From contig SVBE01000002.1 in assembly GCA_015059065.1 (NCBI GenBank), positions 94,835 to 158,834 of the forward strand: a DNA stretch of 64,000 nucleotides, read 5' to 3'. A program made the translations under genes and the position numbers. The notes under the pieces were generated by a model. That model made no database searches and was not told where the DNA came from. It worked only from the letters and a program-made list of their open reading frames with translations. The first letter of the stretch is position 1. Each line of letters begins with the position of its first letter. The DNA comes from Erysipelotrichaceae bacterium (lineage in GTDB: Bacteria > Bacillota_I > Bacilli_A > RFN20 > CAG-826). Positions 28,447 to 37,183 of this stretch are shown one piece after another.

Positions 28447-28618
28447 AATTAGTTCCTCGCTTTATTTAACGTAATCATTATATTTTATATAGTGCCACAG
28501 ATGTGCCACTATTCGAACATTTCTTAAAATGCTAATATCTTAGCATATTTATGCTTTTTTCAACGTATATTGATAATATATTAGCAATTCTATTATATGA
28601 TTTTTATGTTCCTATCAT

Positions 28619-28644
28619 AAAAAAGTCGCCACAATGGACGACTT
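28619..28644 (-). terminator. Rho-independent terminator after the 381-aa ORF
   Basis: Minus strand reads AAGTCG-tccattgtgg-CGACTT followed by TTTTT. Lies 24 nt beyond the stop at 28668. Confidence 0.55.
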
Positions 28645-28667
28645 AATTCAGCATAAATGTATCTTGC

Positions 28668-29813
28668 TTATCGTTTTTTATAAGAGATGGTCGGTAGTCC
28701 GTATTCCCCATATTCGCAACCAACATTATAGACATTAATATCATCGATAAGTTTGCCTTTATGAAATAGTTGAATACGCCCCACACCATTACCACCATTA
28801 AATAAACGATTATGTAATTTCTTTCCGTTTGGGGCTTCATAATTAACAAGAAGCATATCCTCTTTTAAACAAGTGATATCAGTAATCATTTTATTATTCC
28901 AAGTCTTCTGTTCGACATGCCACACTATGTGTGTATCTGTTTCATAACAATCAAATTCTGTTCTAGTATTTGTCCAGAATTTAGAGAAATTAAATTCATA
29001 GCATTTGCCTTCATAGTAGAAAGCACTTAGTAATTTGCCTTCTAAAGCAATAAATCCAACTTTAGGACGGCCACCACCGATATCAAAGACGCTGTTTTCT
29101 AGTTTTTTATTAGTGATATTACTTACCATATTGTTGCTAGATAACCAAACCCAAGGAGATGTAAAATCTTTGCCCCAGTTCTTATCGGAATAGCCATAGC
29201 TATCTTCTTTTCTAACAATGTATTCTTCACCATCCGCGATTATTGTACCCGAGAATCTAGATTTCATTCCTTCAGCGTGCCAAAACATTTCAAAAAGTTG
29301 AAGATGTCTAAACAACCACCCCGCTCCATAACCAACATTAAAAGCGATATCTTTTTCTATTTTTAAATCCCATGAAATGGAACCATAATCGCACATATAT
29401 TCAGGATGCTTCTCCAATTCTTCTTTAGAAATGGAGACATTTCCTCTACTTTGATACTCATCTAAATAACAATCATCCGCGCTTATCGAAAATGGAGCTT
29501 TATAATTAACTTTTATCTTTTTCCAGCCAAAGAAACGATGGAGTTGCTTAGCACATTTCCCCCAGTAGCCGATTTTGACCATAAGGTATGATGGTTTGAT
29601 ACCGGCTTCTTGATTTTCTTTTAATTGACCAAATACTGGTTCTTCTCCACCTCTTTTTGGATTGATTAAAAAGAATTCAAAAAAGAATGGGCGTGGCTCA
29701 CCTGTTTTTGCGTTATAGGCTGTAAAAGAATGCCACCACCAATCATAGCCTTTCTTCCCTTGCCCAGCATATAATTGGCATCTATTTCTTTGTTGTGATT
29801 TTTTGTTAAACAT
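28668..29813 (-). CDS. Hypothetical protein, possibly tocopherol-cyclase-like fold
   Basis: 381 aa. The N-terminal GKKGYDWWWHSF...FFFEFFLINP resembles the FEGWYF...F.F.Y.V.NP opening of the tocopherol cyclase family. This is weak and memory-based. Confidence 0.35.
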   Translation of the reverse strand: MFNKKSQQRNRCQLYAGQGKKGYDWWWHSFTAYNAKTGEPRPFFFEFFLINPKRGGEEPVFGQLKENQEAGIKPSYLMVKIGYWGKCAKQLHRFFGWKKIKVNYKAPFSISADDCYLDEYQSRGNVSISKEELEKHPEYMCDYGSISWDLKIEKDIAFNVGYGAGWLFRHLQLFEMFWHAEGMKSRFSGTIIADGEEYIVRKEDSYGYSDKNWGKDFTSPWVWLSSNNMVSNITNKKLENSVFDIGGGRPKVGFIALEGKLLSAFYYEGKCYEFNFSKFWTNTRTEFDCYETDTHIVWHVEQKTWNNKMITDITCLKEDMLLVNYEAPNGKKLHNRLFNGGNGVGRIQLFHKGKLIDDINVYNVGCEYGEYGLPTISYKKR

Positions 29814-29921
29814 AAATTTACTCCCGATTCATTATAACAAAAACCATTCGTTATAGATGACATAATGTCAAAAACATTGAATATGTTATAATATGAAACA
29901 ACACCACAGGTGGTGATAATT

Positions 29922-30941
29922 ATGATAAAAGTTCAAGAACTCACTAAAATATTTCGTAAACCGATAAGAGGTAAAGGTCTTATTGGTATGATTTCCACAT
30001 TATTCTCTCGTAAATACACGGAGATTCGCGCTGTTGATGGCGTTTCTTTTGACATTCCTGAAGGAGAGATTGTTGGTTATATCGGTTCCAACGGTGCGGG
30101 TAAATCCACCACTATCAAAATGATGTGTGGAATTCTCACTCCTACATCTGGAAAAGTTTTCATTGGTGACAAGGAACCCTATCTCAAACGTAGAGTTGTC
30201 GCTAAAGATATCGGTGTTGTTTTTGGACAAAAGAGCCAACTATGGTGGGACATTCCACTTGTGGAATCTTTTAAAGTTCTTAAAGAAATATATCAAGTTA
30301 GTGATGAAGATTATGAAGAAAGAATGAGTTTCTTATCATCTGTACTCGGTATTGATGAATTTATGACTCAACCAGTCCGCACCCTTTCGTTAGGCCAAAG
30401 AATGAGAGCGGACTTAGCTGCATCAATGCTACATAATCCAAAGATTCTCTTCCTTGATGAGCCCACTATCGGTATGGATGTTCTTGTTAAAGAAAAAATA
30501 CGCACTGCCATCCATGCCTTAAATGCAAAATATCACACCACTATTGTTCTCACCACTCACGATATGGCGGACATTGAAAACCTCTGTTCCCGCATTATCA
30601 TGATTGAAAAAGGAAAGATCATTTATGATGGTCCATTAAGAGATATCAAACGTCGTTTTGGTAATATCAAAACTTTAACGTTGACCGTTCCACCAAGCGT
30701 TGATCCAGAAAAAGTTAAACCATTTTCTGATGACGTGGCAATGGTGTTAGACAAAGATAATAAAGATAAAGTTGTGCTCAAGTTTGATGCTGATAAGGTT
30801 GTCCTAGAGCATGTAGTTCAATACGCTTTTTCACAATATCAAGCAATTGATATGAAAATTGCAGATATTTCCATTGAAGATGTCGTAAAACAAATCCTTT
30901 CTCAACAGGAGGAAGAACATGAGAAGGCTAAGAAAATATAA
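29922..30941 (+). CDS. ABC transporter ATP-binding protein (three-gene uncharacterised ABC-2 system)
   Basis: Walker A GSNGAGKSTT, signature LSLGQRMR, Walker B ILFLDEPTIGMD. The ATG at 29922 follows AGGTGG. The track start at 29910 is a GTG. Confidence 0.9.
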   Translation: MIKVQELTKIFRKPIRGKGLIGMISTLFSRKYTEIRAVDGVSFDIPEGEIVGYIGSNGAGKSTTIKMMCGILTPTSGKVFIGDKEPYLKRRVVAKDIGVVFGQKSQLWWDIPLVESFKVLKEIYQVSDEDYEERMSFLSSVLGIDEFMTQPVRTLSLGQRMRADLAASMLHNPKILFLDEPTIGMDVLVKEKIRTAIHALNAKYHTTIVLTTHDMADIENLCSRIIMIEKGKIIYDGPLRDIKRRFGNIKTLTLTVPPSVDPEKVKPFSDDVAMVLDKDNKDKVVLKFDADKVVLEHVVQYAFSQYQAIDMKIADISIEDVVKQILSQQEEEHEKAKKI

Positions 30942-31758
30942 GCCGTTTGCTCGTGCCTCAGCCATTGATATGATGGCGTATCGTTTTAATATTTTGACAT
31001 GGGCGATAGTTACTGTTGCGGAAGTTGCTTGTCTAGTTTTCTTATGGCTCGCTGTTTATCAAAGCAGTGAGGGTGGGATTAATTCTTCTATTAATGGATT
31101 TACATATAAAGAAATGATTTCCTATGTTGTATTAACAACGATATTTGGATTCGTCACTTTTAACGACGATACTATGTGGTATATCAATCGAGACATTAGA
31201 CAAGGAACAATAGGTAATTTCTTAATCAAGCCCATTTCATATCGAGGTAAGTTCATCGCATCAAACATTGGGGCGTTTTCAATGATGTCACTTGTGTTTG
31301 GTATCCCTCTATATGCAGCAGGTTTAGGAACACTCATCGGAATTGGGTTTTTACCTGTACCATCTGTTTGGGATTTCATTGCCCATTTCGGTTTGTTCTT
31401 GATCGCTAGTGTCCTCGCTTGTTTATTAAATGGGGCTATTTCTTATTTATTTGGGATATTGTGTTTCTATACCACCGCAGCGTGGGGACTTAATTCATTG
31501 AAGACAACAGTGATTTCATTCTTGTCTGGTACGTTATTACCTATCGCTTTCTTTCCAAATGTCTTTCGTGAAATTGTTTCTTATATGCCCTTCGCAGGCA
31601 TGAGTCAAAACCCAGTATTAATATTGATGATGAAATATAGTTATTTGGAATGCGCTAAAGTGCTTCTAATATCTTTTGCTTGGCTAATTTTATTGGAACT
31701 ACTTGGCAAACTACTTTTCAATCACGCGATAAAACTCGTCACGGTGCAGGGAGGATAA
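30919..31758 (+). CDS. ABC-2 family permease
   Basis: 279 aa, about 6 TM segments. Overlaps the ATPase gene end, so operonic. Confidence 0.75.
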   Translation: MRRLRKYKPFARASAIDMMAYRFNILTWAIVTVAEVACLVFLWLAVYQSSEGGINSSINGFTYKEMISYVVLTTIFGFVTFNDDTMWYINRDIRQGTIGNFLIKPISYRGKFIASNIGAFSMMSLVFGIPLYAAGLGTLIGIGFLPVPSVWDFIAHFGLFLIASVLACLLNGAISYLFGILCFYTTAAWGLNSLKTTVISFLSGTLLPIAFFPNVFREIVSYMPFAGMSQNPVLILMMKYSYLECAKVLLISFAWLILLELLGKLLFNHAIKLVTVQGG

Positions 31759-31759
31759 T

Positions 31760-32551
31760 ATGAGATATTTCAAACTTTATTTCACCTGTATCAAACGTAG
31801 CATGATGTCCAGATTGGAATACAAAAGGGACTCGATTATTTCTATTCTTTCCTTCTTGATTTCTAACGCTTGTTCGCTTTGTTCTATCTACTTTATTTTG
31901 CAAGCAATTCCTTCATTAAAAGGCTATACCCCTGCAGAAGTCGGCTTTTTTTACGGATTTTCAATGCTTCCTATAGCAATTGACCATTTGTTCAGTGATG
32001 AATTTTGGTTAGTAGCTTTCCGCCGTGTTCAACTAGGAGATATGGACCGCCACTTCTTACGTCCTGTTCCAATTATTTTCCAAATGTTTGCGGAAACATT
32101 CCAACCAGATGGATTTGGTGAGGTTATTGTTGGCATCACAATGATTGTCATCTGTGGATTGAATTTACAGGTAGCAGTTTCTTTTGGTGCAATACTCGTT
32201 TTAAGTATTGGTGCGATCTTTGGTGCAATAATTATCACTTCATTTAAAATCGCTATTTCATCTTTAGCGTTTATCTTCAAACGCAGTGGACCACTTCTAC
32301 AAATCATCTATAACTTCACCATTTACGCAAAATATCCAATCGCCATTTATCCTTATGCAATCCGCTTTATTTTGATTTTTATCTTACCATTTGGTTTATT
32401 CATTTCCCTACCTGTTGATACATTACTTTATGGAAGTTACAACCCTTATTTATTGAGTTTAGCTATCATAGGGGCGGCAGTTGTTTTCTTCACTCTAGCC
32501 ACATTTATTTGGACATTGTGCGCAAGACGTTATGAATCAACTGGTTCATAA
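31760..32551 (+). CDS. ABC-2 family permease (second subunit)
   Basis: 263 aa, about 6 TM segments. Starts 1 nt after the previous stop. Confidence 0.75.
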   Translation: MRYFKLYFTCIKRSMMSRLEYKRDSIISILSFLISNACSLCSIYFILQAIPSLKGYTPAEVGFFYGFSMLPIAIDHLFSDEFWLVAFRRVQLGDMDRHFLRPVPIIFQMFAETFQPDGFGEVIVGITMIVICGLNLQVAVSFGAILVLSIGAIFGAIIITSFKIAISSLAFIFKRSGPLLQIIYNFTIYAKYPIAIYPYAIRFILIFILPFGLFISLPVDTLLYGSYNPYLLSLAIIGAAVVFFTLATFIWTLCARRYESTGS

Positions 32552-32601
32552 AAGCATTTAGATAGTAAAAAAACCGCCCGCGATAACGAGTGGTTAATTG
32601 T

Positions 32602-33063
32602 CTATTCAATTTTAATTGATATCCTTTTACCAAGAGCATTGAATAATCTTTCTATTTTAGCAATGGTTGGATTTCCAATTCCTCTTTCTATTCTCGATAT
32701 ATCTCCTTGATCAATATGAGACATCTTAGATAGTTCAGTTTGAGTAATGCCTAATGACTCTCTAGTCTCCGCTAATAAGACGCCTAAACTTTGATTCATT
32801 GGAACATCAATTTGCCCAACAAGAACACCATCATAGTAAATGGCAGTAGCATCAATATCTAATTGATCATTCCAAATAACCCCATATCCTCCAGGATCTA
32901 ATTTGCCATTTTCAAATAACGCTCTATTTAATAAAAGTTCTTTAAACTGAGGGTATTTTGAAAATAGTTGAGACAAATCATATTGGATAATCTTGCCATC
33001 TTGAAATGTCAATTCAACAACAACACCTTCTAAGAATTTAACTTTGTTAGCGTAATAAAACAT
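32602..33063 (-). CDS. DUF2442 domain fused to a C-terminal XRE-type HTH. Orphan paralog of 62984..63442
   Basis: 153 aa. N-terminal DUF2442 pattern (VVVELTFQDGKIIQYDL...YPQFKEL...GYGVIWNDQLDIDATAIY). C-terminal HTH (LGITQTELSKMSHIDQGDISRIERG). Confidence 0.7.
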   Translation of the reverse strand: MFYYANKVKFLEGVVVELTFQDGKIIQYDLSQLFSKYPQFKELLLNRALFENGKLDPGGYGVIWNDQLDIDATAIYYDGVLVGQIDVPMNQSLGVLLAETRESLGITQTELSKMSHIDQGDISRIERGIGNPTIAKIERLFNALGKRISIKIE

Positions 33064-33080
33064 AATGTTTCCTCGTTATT

Positions 33081-33109
33081 ATTATATGGTATTTACACCA
33101 TATTTTCAA
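33081..33109 (-). promoter_or_regulatory. Sigma-70-type promoter with an embedded palindrome (putative operator)
   Basis: Minus strand reads TTGAAA-N17-TATAAT. The spacer is occupied by ATATGGT-gtaaat-ACCATAT (33084-33103). GAGGA SD and the ATG follow. Confidence 0.6.
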
Positions 33110-33134
33110 TAACGATCACACAAGAAGGTAAACT

Positions 33135-33155
33135 AAAAGGGCCTATAAGGCCCTC
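33135..33155 (-). terminator. Rho-independent terminator after rpsR
   Basis: Minus strand reads GGGCC-ttata-GGCCC followed by TTTT, about 25 nt after the rpsR stop. Confidence 0.65.
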
Positions 33156-33179
33156 TCAATTTCAATTGAATTAATCTAA

Positions 33180-33407
33180 TTAATCAGCAACGTATGGTAA
33201 TAAAGCCATGAAACGGGCGTTTTTGATTGCGACCGCTAATTCACGTTGATGCTTTGCACATGTGCCTGTGGAACGTCTTGGAGCAATCTTTCCATTTGGA
33301 GTGATGAATTGCTTTAAAAGTTCGACATCTTTGTAATCAATGTACTTGATATTATTCTTTTTGAAATAACAGACCTTTTTGTGTGGTCTAACTTTTTTGA
33401 ATGCCAT
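33180..33407 (-). CDS. rpsR: 30S ribosomal protein S18
   Basis: 75 aa. [50 protein letters not shown] is canonical S18. Confidence 0.97.
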   Translation of the reverse strand: MAFKKVRPHKKVCYFKKNNIKYIDYKDVELLKQFITPNGKIAPRRSTGTCAKHQRELAVAIKNARFMALLPYVAD

Positions 33408-33429
33408 GTTAATACAAATTCCTTTCTAA

Positions 33430-33879
33430 CTAAAATGGTAAGTCATCATCTGGTAGATCAATGGAATCTAGATTATGAGAATTATCTTCATCGTTACTAG
33501 CGGCTGGAGCGTCATCGAATGGTGGAACCTCTTCGTAGCTTCCGCTTCTAGCGCCTTTTGGTTCAAGGAATTGGACGGAGTCACATAAGACTTCAAGGAC
33601 AGAAGCTGTGCTTCCATCTTGTCTTTGGAACTTTCTTTGATTCAAGCTGCCAATGACACCGATTAATGAACCTTTTCTCGTAAATTTAGACATCGTTTCG
33701 GCAGTTTGTCCAAACGCGACACATCCGATAAAGCTAGTGGCTCTACTTCCGTCAGCGTTTTTCATTCTGCTATCCACCGCGAGGGTGAAGGAAACGAGTG
33801 ATCTTCCAGAGGTGGCTGTTCTGAGCTCAGGGTCTTTGGTCATACGACCCACGAGAGTAACATTGTTAATCATAATCAC
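33430..33879 (-). CDS. ssb: Single-stranded DNA-binding protein
   Basis: 149 aa. INNVTLVGRMTKDPELR OB-fold start and acidic C-terminal tip DDDLPF. Confidence 0.95.
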   Translation of the reverse strand: MIMINNVTLVGRMTKDPELRTATSGRSLVSFTLAVDSRMKNADGSRATSFIGCVAFGQTAETMSKFTRKGSLIGVIGSLNQRKFQRQDGSTASVLEVLCDSVQFLEPKGARSGSYEEVPPFDDAPAASNDEDNSHNLDSIDLPDDDLPF

Positions 33880-33885
33880 TACCTC

Positions 33886-34176
33886 CTATTCGTGTGCTAC
33901 TGTAATTAAATAACGTAACACGGATGGGTTGATACGGGTACGACGATTGAATTCAGAAATCGCTTCGTTGCCCATAGTTACTTTGATTACGACGTAATAG
34001 CCTTTGTTTTCCTTTTTGATAGGATAGGCTAATTCTCTTAAACCCATAGATTCATCACAAGCGTTGACAGTACCACCATTAGAAGTGATAATCTTGGCTA
34101 ATTCTTCATTAGCGTTCTTGCGTGCTTCTTCGTCTAAGTCGCTTTTCAAAATGTACATGATTTCGTAATTGCGCAT
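33886..34176 (-). CDS. rpsF: 30S ribosomal protein S6
   Basis: 96 aa. MRNYEIMYILKSDLDEE is the canonical S6 start. Conserved rpsF-ssb-rpsR order. Confidence 0.95.
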   Translation of the reverse strand: MRNYEIMYILKSDLDEEARKNANEELAKIITSNGGTVNACDESMGLRELAYPIKKENKGYYVVIKVTMGNEAISEFNRRTRINPSVLRYLITVAHE

Positions 34177-34245
34177 TTTTGATACCTCCCTTCGGTCTTC
34201 TGGCTAGTTAAACTAGCAGAGAGAATGCTTAAACAAGCGAATGTA

Positions 34246-34274
34246 ATTTTACATTGTAATCACTAACTAGTCAA
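34246..34274 (-). promoter_or_regulatory. Sigma-70-type promoter of the rpsF-ssb-rpsR operon
   Basis: Minus strand reads TTGACT (34274-34269), a 17-nt spacer, then TAAAAT (34251-34246). Leaves a leader of about 65 nt ending in GGGAGG before the ATG. Confidence 0.6.
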
Positions 34275-34393
34275 GCGCGTATATTATATGCGGCATTCAT
34301 ACATCGCTTACGCGTGACTAACAACAGGAGGAGATACCAATTGGCCCCCTTGTCAATGGGGCGATTATAGGGTATTATGAGTTTGTGGAAGTT

Positions 34394-34420
34394 GGCCCCT
34401 TTTTACGAGGAGCCTTTTTT
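34394..34420 (+). terminator. Plus-strand intrinsic terminator inside the lysS-rpsF intergenic region
   Basis: GGCCCCT-ttttacg-AGGAGCC (one G-U pair) followed by TTTTTT. No plus-strand gene ends here. Confidence 0.5.
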
Positions 34421-34483
34421 ATTTCCCACTAACACGAGAAGTATGACCAAGATGATCAAGGCCATCACAATGGATTGCTCCAA
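34403..34483 (-). CDS. Candidate 26-codon hydrophobic peptide (speculative)
   Basis: AGGAGG (34496-34491) lies 7 nt upstream of a TTG at 34483. Reads MEQSIVMALIILVILLVLVGNKKGSS then a stop. One TM helix plus a basic tail. Its 3' end overlaps the plus-strand terminator hairpin. Confidence 0.25.
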   Translation of the reverse strand: MEQSIVMALIILVILLVLVGNKKGSS

Positions 34484-34606
34484 AGAACGTCCTCCTTCCC
34501 ATACCCAGACCAGTGACAAGGGAGTAGAGAATCTTCCATTATCGGAATTTCCTCCTATATATAAAGACCTTGAAAATCGCGTTTTTCGACGCAGAAAATT
34601 TTATAG

Positions 34607-34634
34607 ATAAAAATAAAAAGACCATAAAGGCCTT
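34607..34634 (-). terminator. Probable terminator after lysS
   Basis: Minus strand reads AAGGCC-tttat-GGTCTT (one G-U pair) followed by TTTATTTTTAT. Lies 25 nt after the lysS stop. Confidence 0.45.
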
Positions 34635-34658
34635 TTTAAAATTTTCACTTTTTTACGA

Positions 34659-36143
34659 TTATTTATCTCTCATCGTTGGGAAGAGAACAACTTCACGAAT
34701 TGAAGCTTGGTCGGTGAGGAGCATCACAAGTCTATCCACGCCCATACCAATACCGCCTGCAGGTGGCATACCGTATTCGAGAGCTTCAACGAAATCAGTA
34801 TCCATTTCATTGGCTTCTTCGTCACCTAATTCTTTCGCCTTTAATTGAGCCTCAAATCTCTCTTTTTGATCGATTGGGTCGTTGAGTTCTGTATAGGCGT
34901 TCGCGAGTTCGTGTCCGTTCACGAATAATTCGAATCTTTCTACGAATCTTGGATCTGGTCCTTTTTTTGTTAAAGGAGAGACTTCGATTGGATAGCAATA
35001 AACAAATGTTGGTTGGATTAAATCATCCTGACAAAATTCTTCATAAAATTCATTCATCACGTGACCAACAGTATTCTTGAATTTGTCCAATTTGATATTA
35101 TGCTCTTCAGCGAGTTTCTTAGCCTCTTCAAAATCAGTGATTTGACTAAAGTCAATGCCACATTTTTCTTTGATTAAATCATTCATCTTAACCCATCTAA
35201 ATGGTTGGGAGAAATCGATTTCTTTTCCTTGATAATTGATCTTGGTATCACCAGTGACATCTTTCGCGGCTTTTCTGATCAAATTCTCAATGAGTTCACC
35301 CATACCTTTTAAGTCAGTATAAGCTTGATATAATTCAAACATTGTAAATTCTGGGTTATGGTTAGCATCCATGCCTTCATTACGGAAGACACGGTTGATT
35401 TCATACACTCTTTCCATACCGCCCACGAGGAGTTTCTTTAAATTGATTTCAAGAGCGATTCTTAAAAAGAAATCTCTATCTAAAGTATTGTGGTGAGTAA
35501 TAAATGGACGGGCTGCTGCTCCACCATTAGTATAGGTGAGCATACTTGTTTCCACTTCCACGAATCCTTGAGCGTCTAAGCCTTCTTGCATGCTTCTAAT
35601 GACCTTTGGTCTAGCAAAAGCCACTTTACGGGCCTCCTCATTCATAATGAGGTCAAGGTATCTTCTTCTACTTCTCTCTTCAATATCCGTTAAACCGTGG
35701 AATTTTTCTGGAAGAGGATGTAAACATTTAGTTAAGTGAGTGAATTCTTCACATCTAATGGTGAGTTCACCAGTCCTCGTGGTCATCACACGGCCTTTAA
35801 CGCCGACGATATCACCGACATCTGCAAGTTTAAATAATTCATAATTCTTTTCGCCGACGACGTCGATGCCAATATAAACTTGGATTGGTCCAGTCTTATC
35901 TAAAACATTGAAGAAACTGGCTTTACCCATTTTTCTTAAGAATTTAATTCTACCAGCGACAGAAACGTGAAGATTGAGAGCGTCAATCTCTTCTGCAGTT
36001 TTATCTTTGCAGAGTTCTCTAATTTCTTTCGCATGATGAGTGACCTCATATCTTTGTCCATATGGATCAACACCTAATTCCGCATATTTAGCAAGCTTTT
36101 CTCTTCTTGCTATTTCTTGGTCATTTAATAATTTTTCTTCCAT
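34659..36143 (-). CDS. lysS: Lysine--tRNA ligase (class II)
   Basis: 494 aa. OB anticodon-binding domain followed by class II motifs (FRNEGMDANHNPEFTMFE, GGIGMGVDRLVMLL). Confidence 0.95.
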   Translation of the reverse strand: MEEKLLNDQEIARREKLAKYAELGVDPYGQRYEVTHHAKEIRELCKDKTAEEIDALNLHVSVAGRIKFLRKMGKASFFNVLDKTGPIQVYIGIDVVGEKNYELFKLADVGDIVGVKGRVMTTRTGELTIRCEEFTHLTKCLHPLPEKFHGLTDIEERSRRRYLDLIMNEEARKVAFARPKVIRSMQEGLDAQGFVEVETSMLTYTNGGAAARPFITHHNTLDRDFFLRIALEINLKKLLVGGMERVYEINRVFRNEGMDANHNPEFTMFELYQAYTDLKGMGELIENLIRKAAKDVTGDTKINYQGKEIDFSQPFRWVKMNDLIKEKCGIDFSQITDFEEAKKLAEEHNIKLDKFKNTVGHVMNEFYEEFCQDDLIQPTFVYCYPIEVSPLTKKGPDPRFVERFELFVNGHELANAYTELNDPIDQKERFEAQLKAKELGDEEANEMDTDFVEALEYGMPPAGGIGMGVDRLVMLLTDQASIREVVLFPTMRDK

Positions 36144-36196
36144 GGGTTTTCCTCCAGTCTCAATTATTATACGTAAATGCGTAAGGCATTAAAAGA

Positions 36197-37183
36197 TTAG
36201 AAATCATCGTTGTGACGAGATTTATAATCATTTATTATCTCCAAAAGCGAATCATAAGTAACAAGCTCACTCGCTAATCGAGAATTAAGCTTCTTCACTT
36301 CAGGAATGCCTTTAAAAAATTTAGGGGCAATAGAACGATAGATGCGCATCGCTTTATCTTCACCTTTTTCTTTGATGAGATATCTGGCAAGCTCTAAACA
36401 ATAATCAACCTGTTCATCAAATGTTGCCTCATCAATAATAGAGCCATCTTCATAATATTGATTGATTTGTCTAATGAGGGTTGGATTGCCCACTCCTCCT
36501 CTTGCTACCATCACAGCATCAGCCCCTGTTATTTCTAAGGCTTTCTTAGCATCTTCAAGAGTATAAATATTGCCTGAAACCACTAATGGGACAGACATCT
36601 TTTTCCTCAAATCTTTTAATAGGTCATAACGAGGTTCGCCGTAGTATAGTTGCTTCGTTGTTCTAGCGTGAATTCCGATCATTGCCACACCTGCTTTTTC
36701 TAGCTCAGAAATCACCTCTAAAAAGTTGATATTTTTCTCATCCCATCCGAGTCTAATTTTCGCAGTTACGGGAACATCCACGACTTCTTTAATTGCTCGA
36801 ATGATATCACCCGCTAATTTTGGATTTTTTAAAAGCGAACTACCCGCTCCATTTTTCGTAACTTTAGGAACTGGGCAACCCATATTCACATCGATAAAGG
36901 AAAGAAAAGGAACGGATTTTGCAACAATTTTTGCGGCAATTTGCATATTTTTTGGATCAGAACCAAATAATTGCACGCCACAGGGAACATCGGTCTCAGG
37001 AAAGTCGATATAGTCTTTAGTTTCTTTGTTTCCATAAATTAGTCCCATATCAGAAACCATCTCAGTGACTGTTACTCCTACCCCGAATTTTTCCATGAAA
37101 TTTCGATAGCCAAAAGAGGTGATACCGGCCATTGGCGCAAGTAAGACTTTTCCACTGATTTCTATGTTGCCGATTTTCCACAT
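36197..37183 (-). CDS. dusB: tRNA-dihydrouridine synthase
   Basis: LAPMAGITSFGYRNF, DVNMGCP, TAKIRLGWD and IHARTTKQLY are Dus motifs. Start moved to the ATG at 37183 (MWKIGN), which removes a 56-nt overlap with ftsH. Confidence 0.85.
   Translation of the reverse strand: MWKIGNIEISGKVLLAPMAGITSFGYRNFMEKFGVGVTVTEMVSDMGLIYGNKETKDYIDFPETDVPCGVQLFGSDPKNMQIAAKIVAKSVPFLSFIDVNMGCPVPKVTKNGAGSSLLKNPKLAGDIIRAIKEVVDVPVTAKIRLGWDEKNINFLEVISELEKAGVAMIGIHARTTKQLYYGEPRYDLLKDLRKKMSVPLVVSGNIYTLEDAKKALEITGADAVMVARGGVGNPTLIRQINQYYEDGSIIDEATFDEQVDYCLELARYLIKEKGEDKAMRIYRSIAPKFFKGIPEVKKLNSRLASELVTYDSLLEIINDYKSRHNDDF

Noticed and set aside
28643-28849. 68-aa ORF overlapping the 3' end of 28668..29813, and the 63-aa ORF at 47726..47917
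   Set aside because: They overlap better-supported genes or promoter regions, lack an SD, and have no recognisable features.
32551-32601. Terminator between the ABC-2 permease gene and the convergent DUF2442::HTH gene (AACCGC...GTGGTT)
   Set aside because: The stem is only 6 bp with a 12-nt loop. The helix is better on the plus strand while the T-run is on the minus strand. It is too ambiguous to call.
34280-34600. Tried to read this G+C-rich spacer as SRP RNA, 6S RNA, tmRNA, RNase P RNA or a T-box
   Set aside because: I could not find the conserved SRP helix-8 motif, a tRNA-like end, or a T-box sequence. A lysS T-box would also lie upstream of lysS, not downstream. The identity is left open.
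34377-34610. 77-aa plus-strand ORF in the lysS-rpsF spacer
   Set aside because: It has no convincing SD, its composition is proline/charged-rich with no motif, and a plus-strand terminator (34394-34420) lies inside it. It is more likely non-coding or structured RNA.
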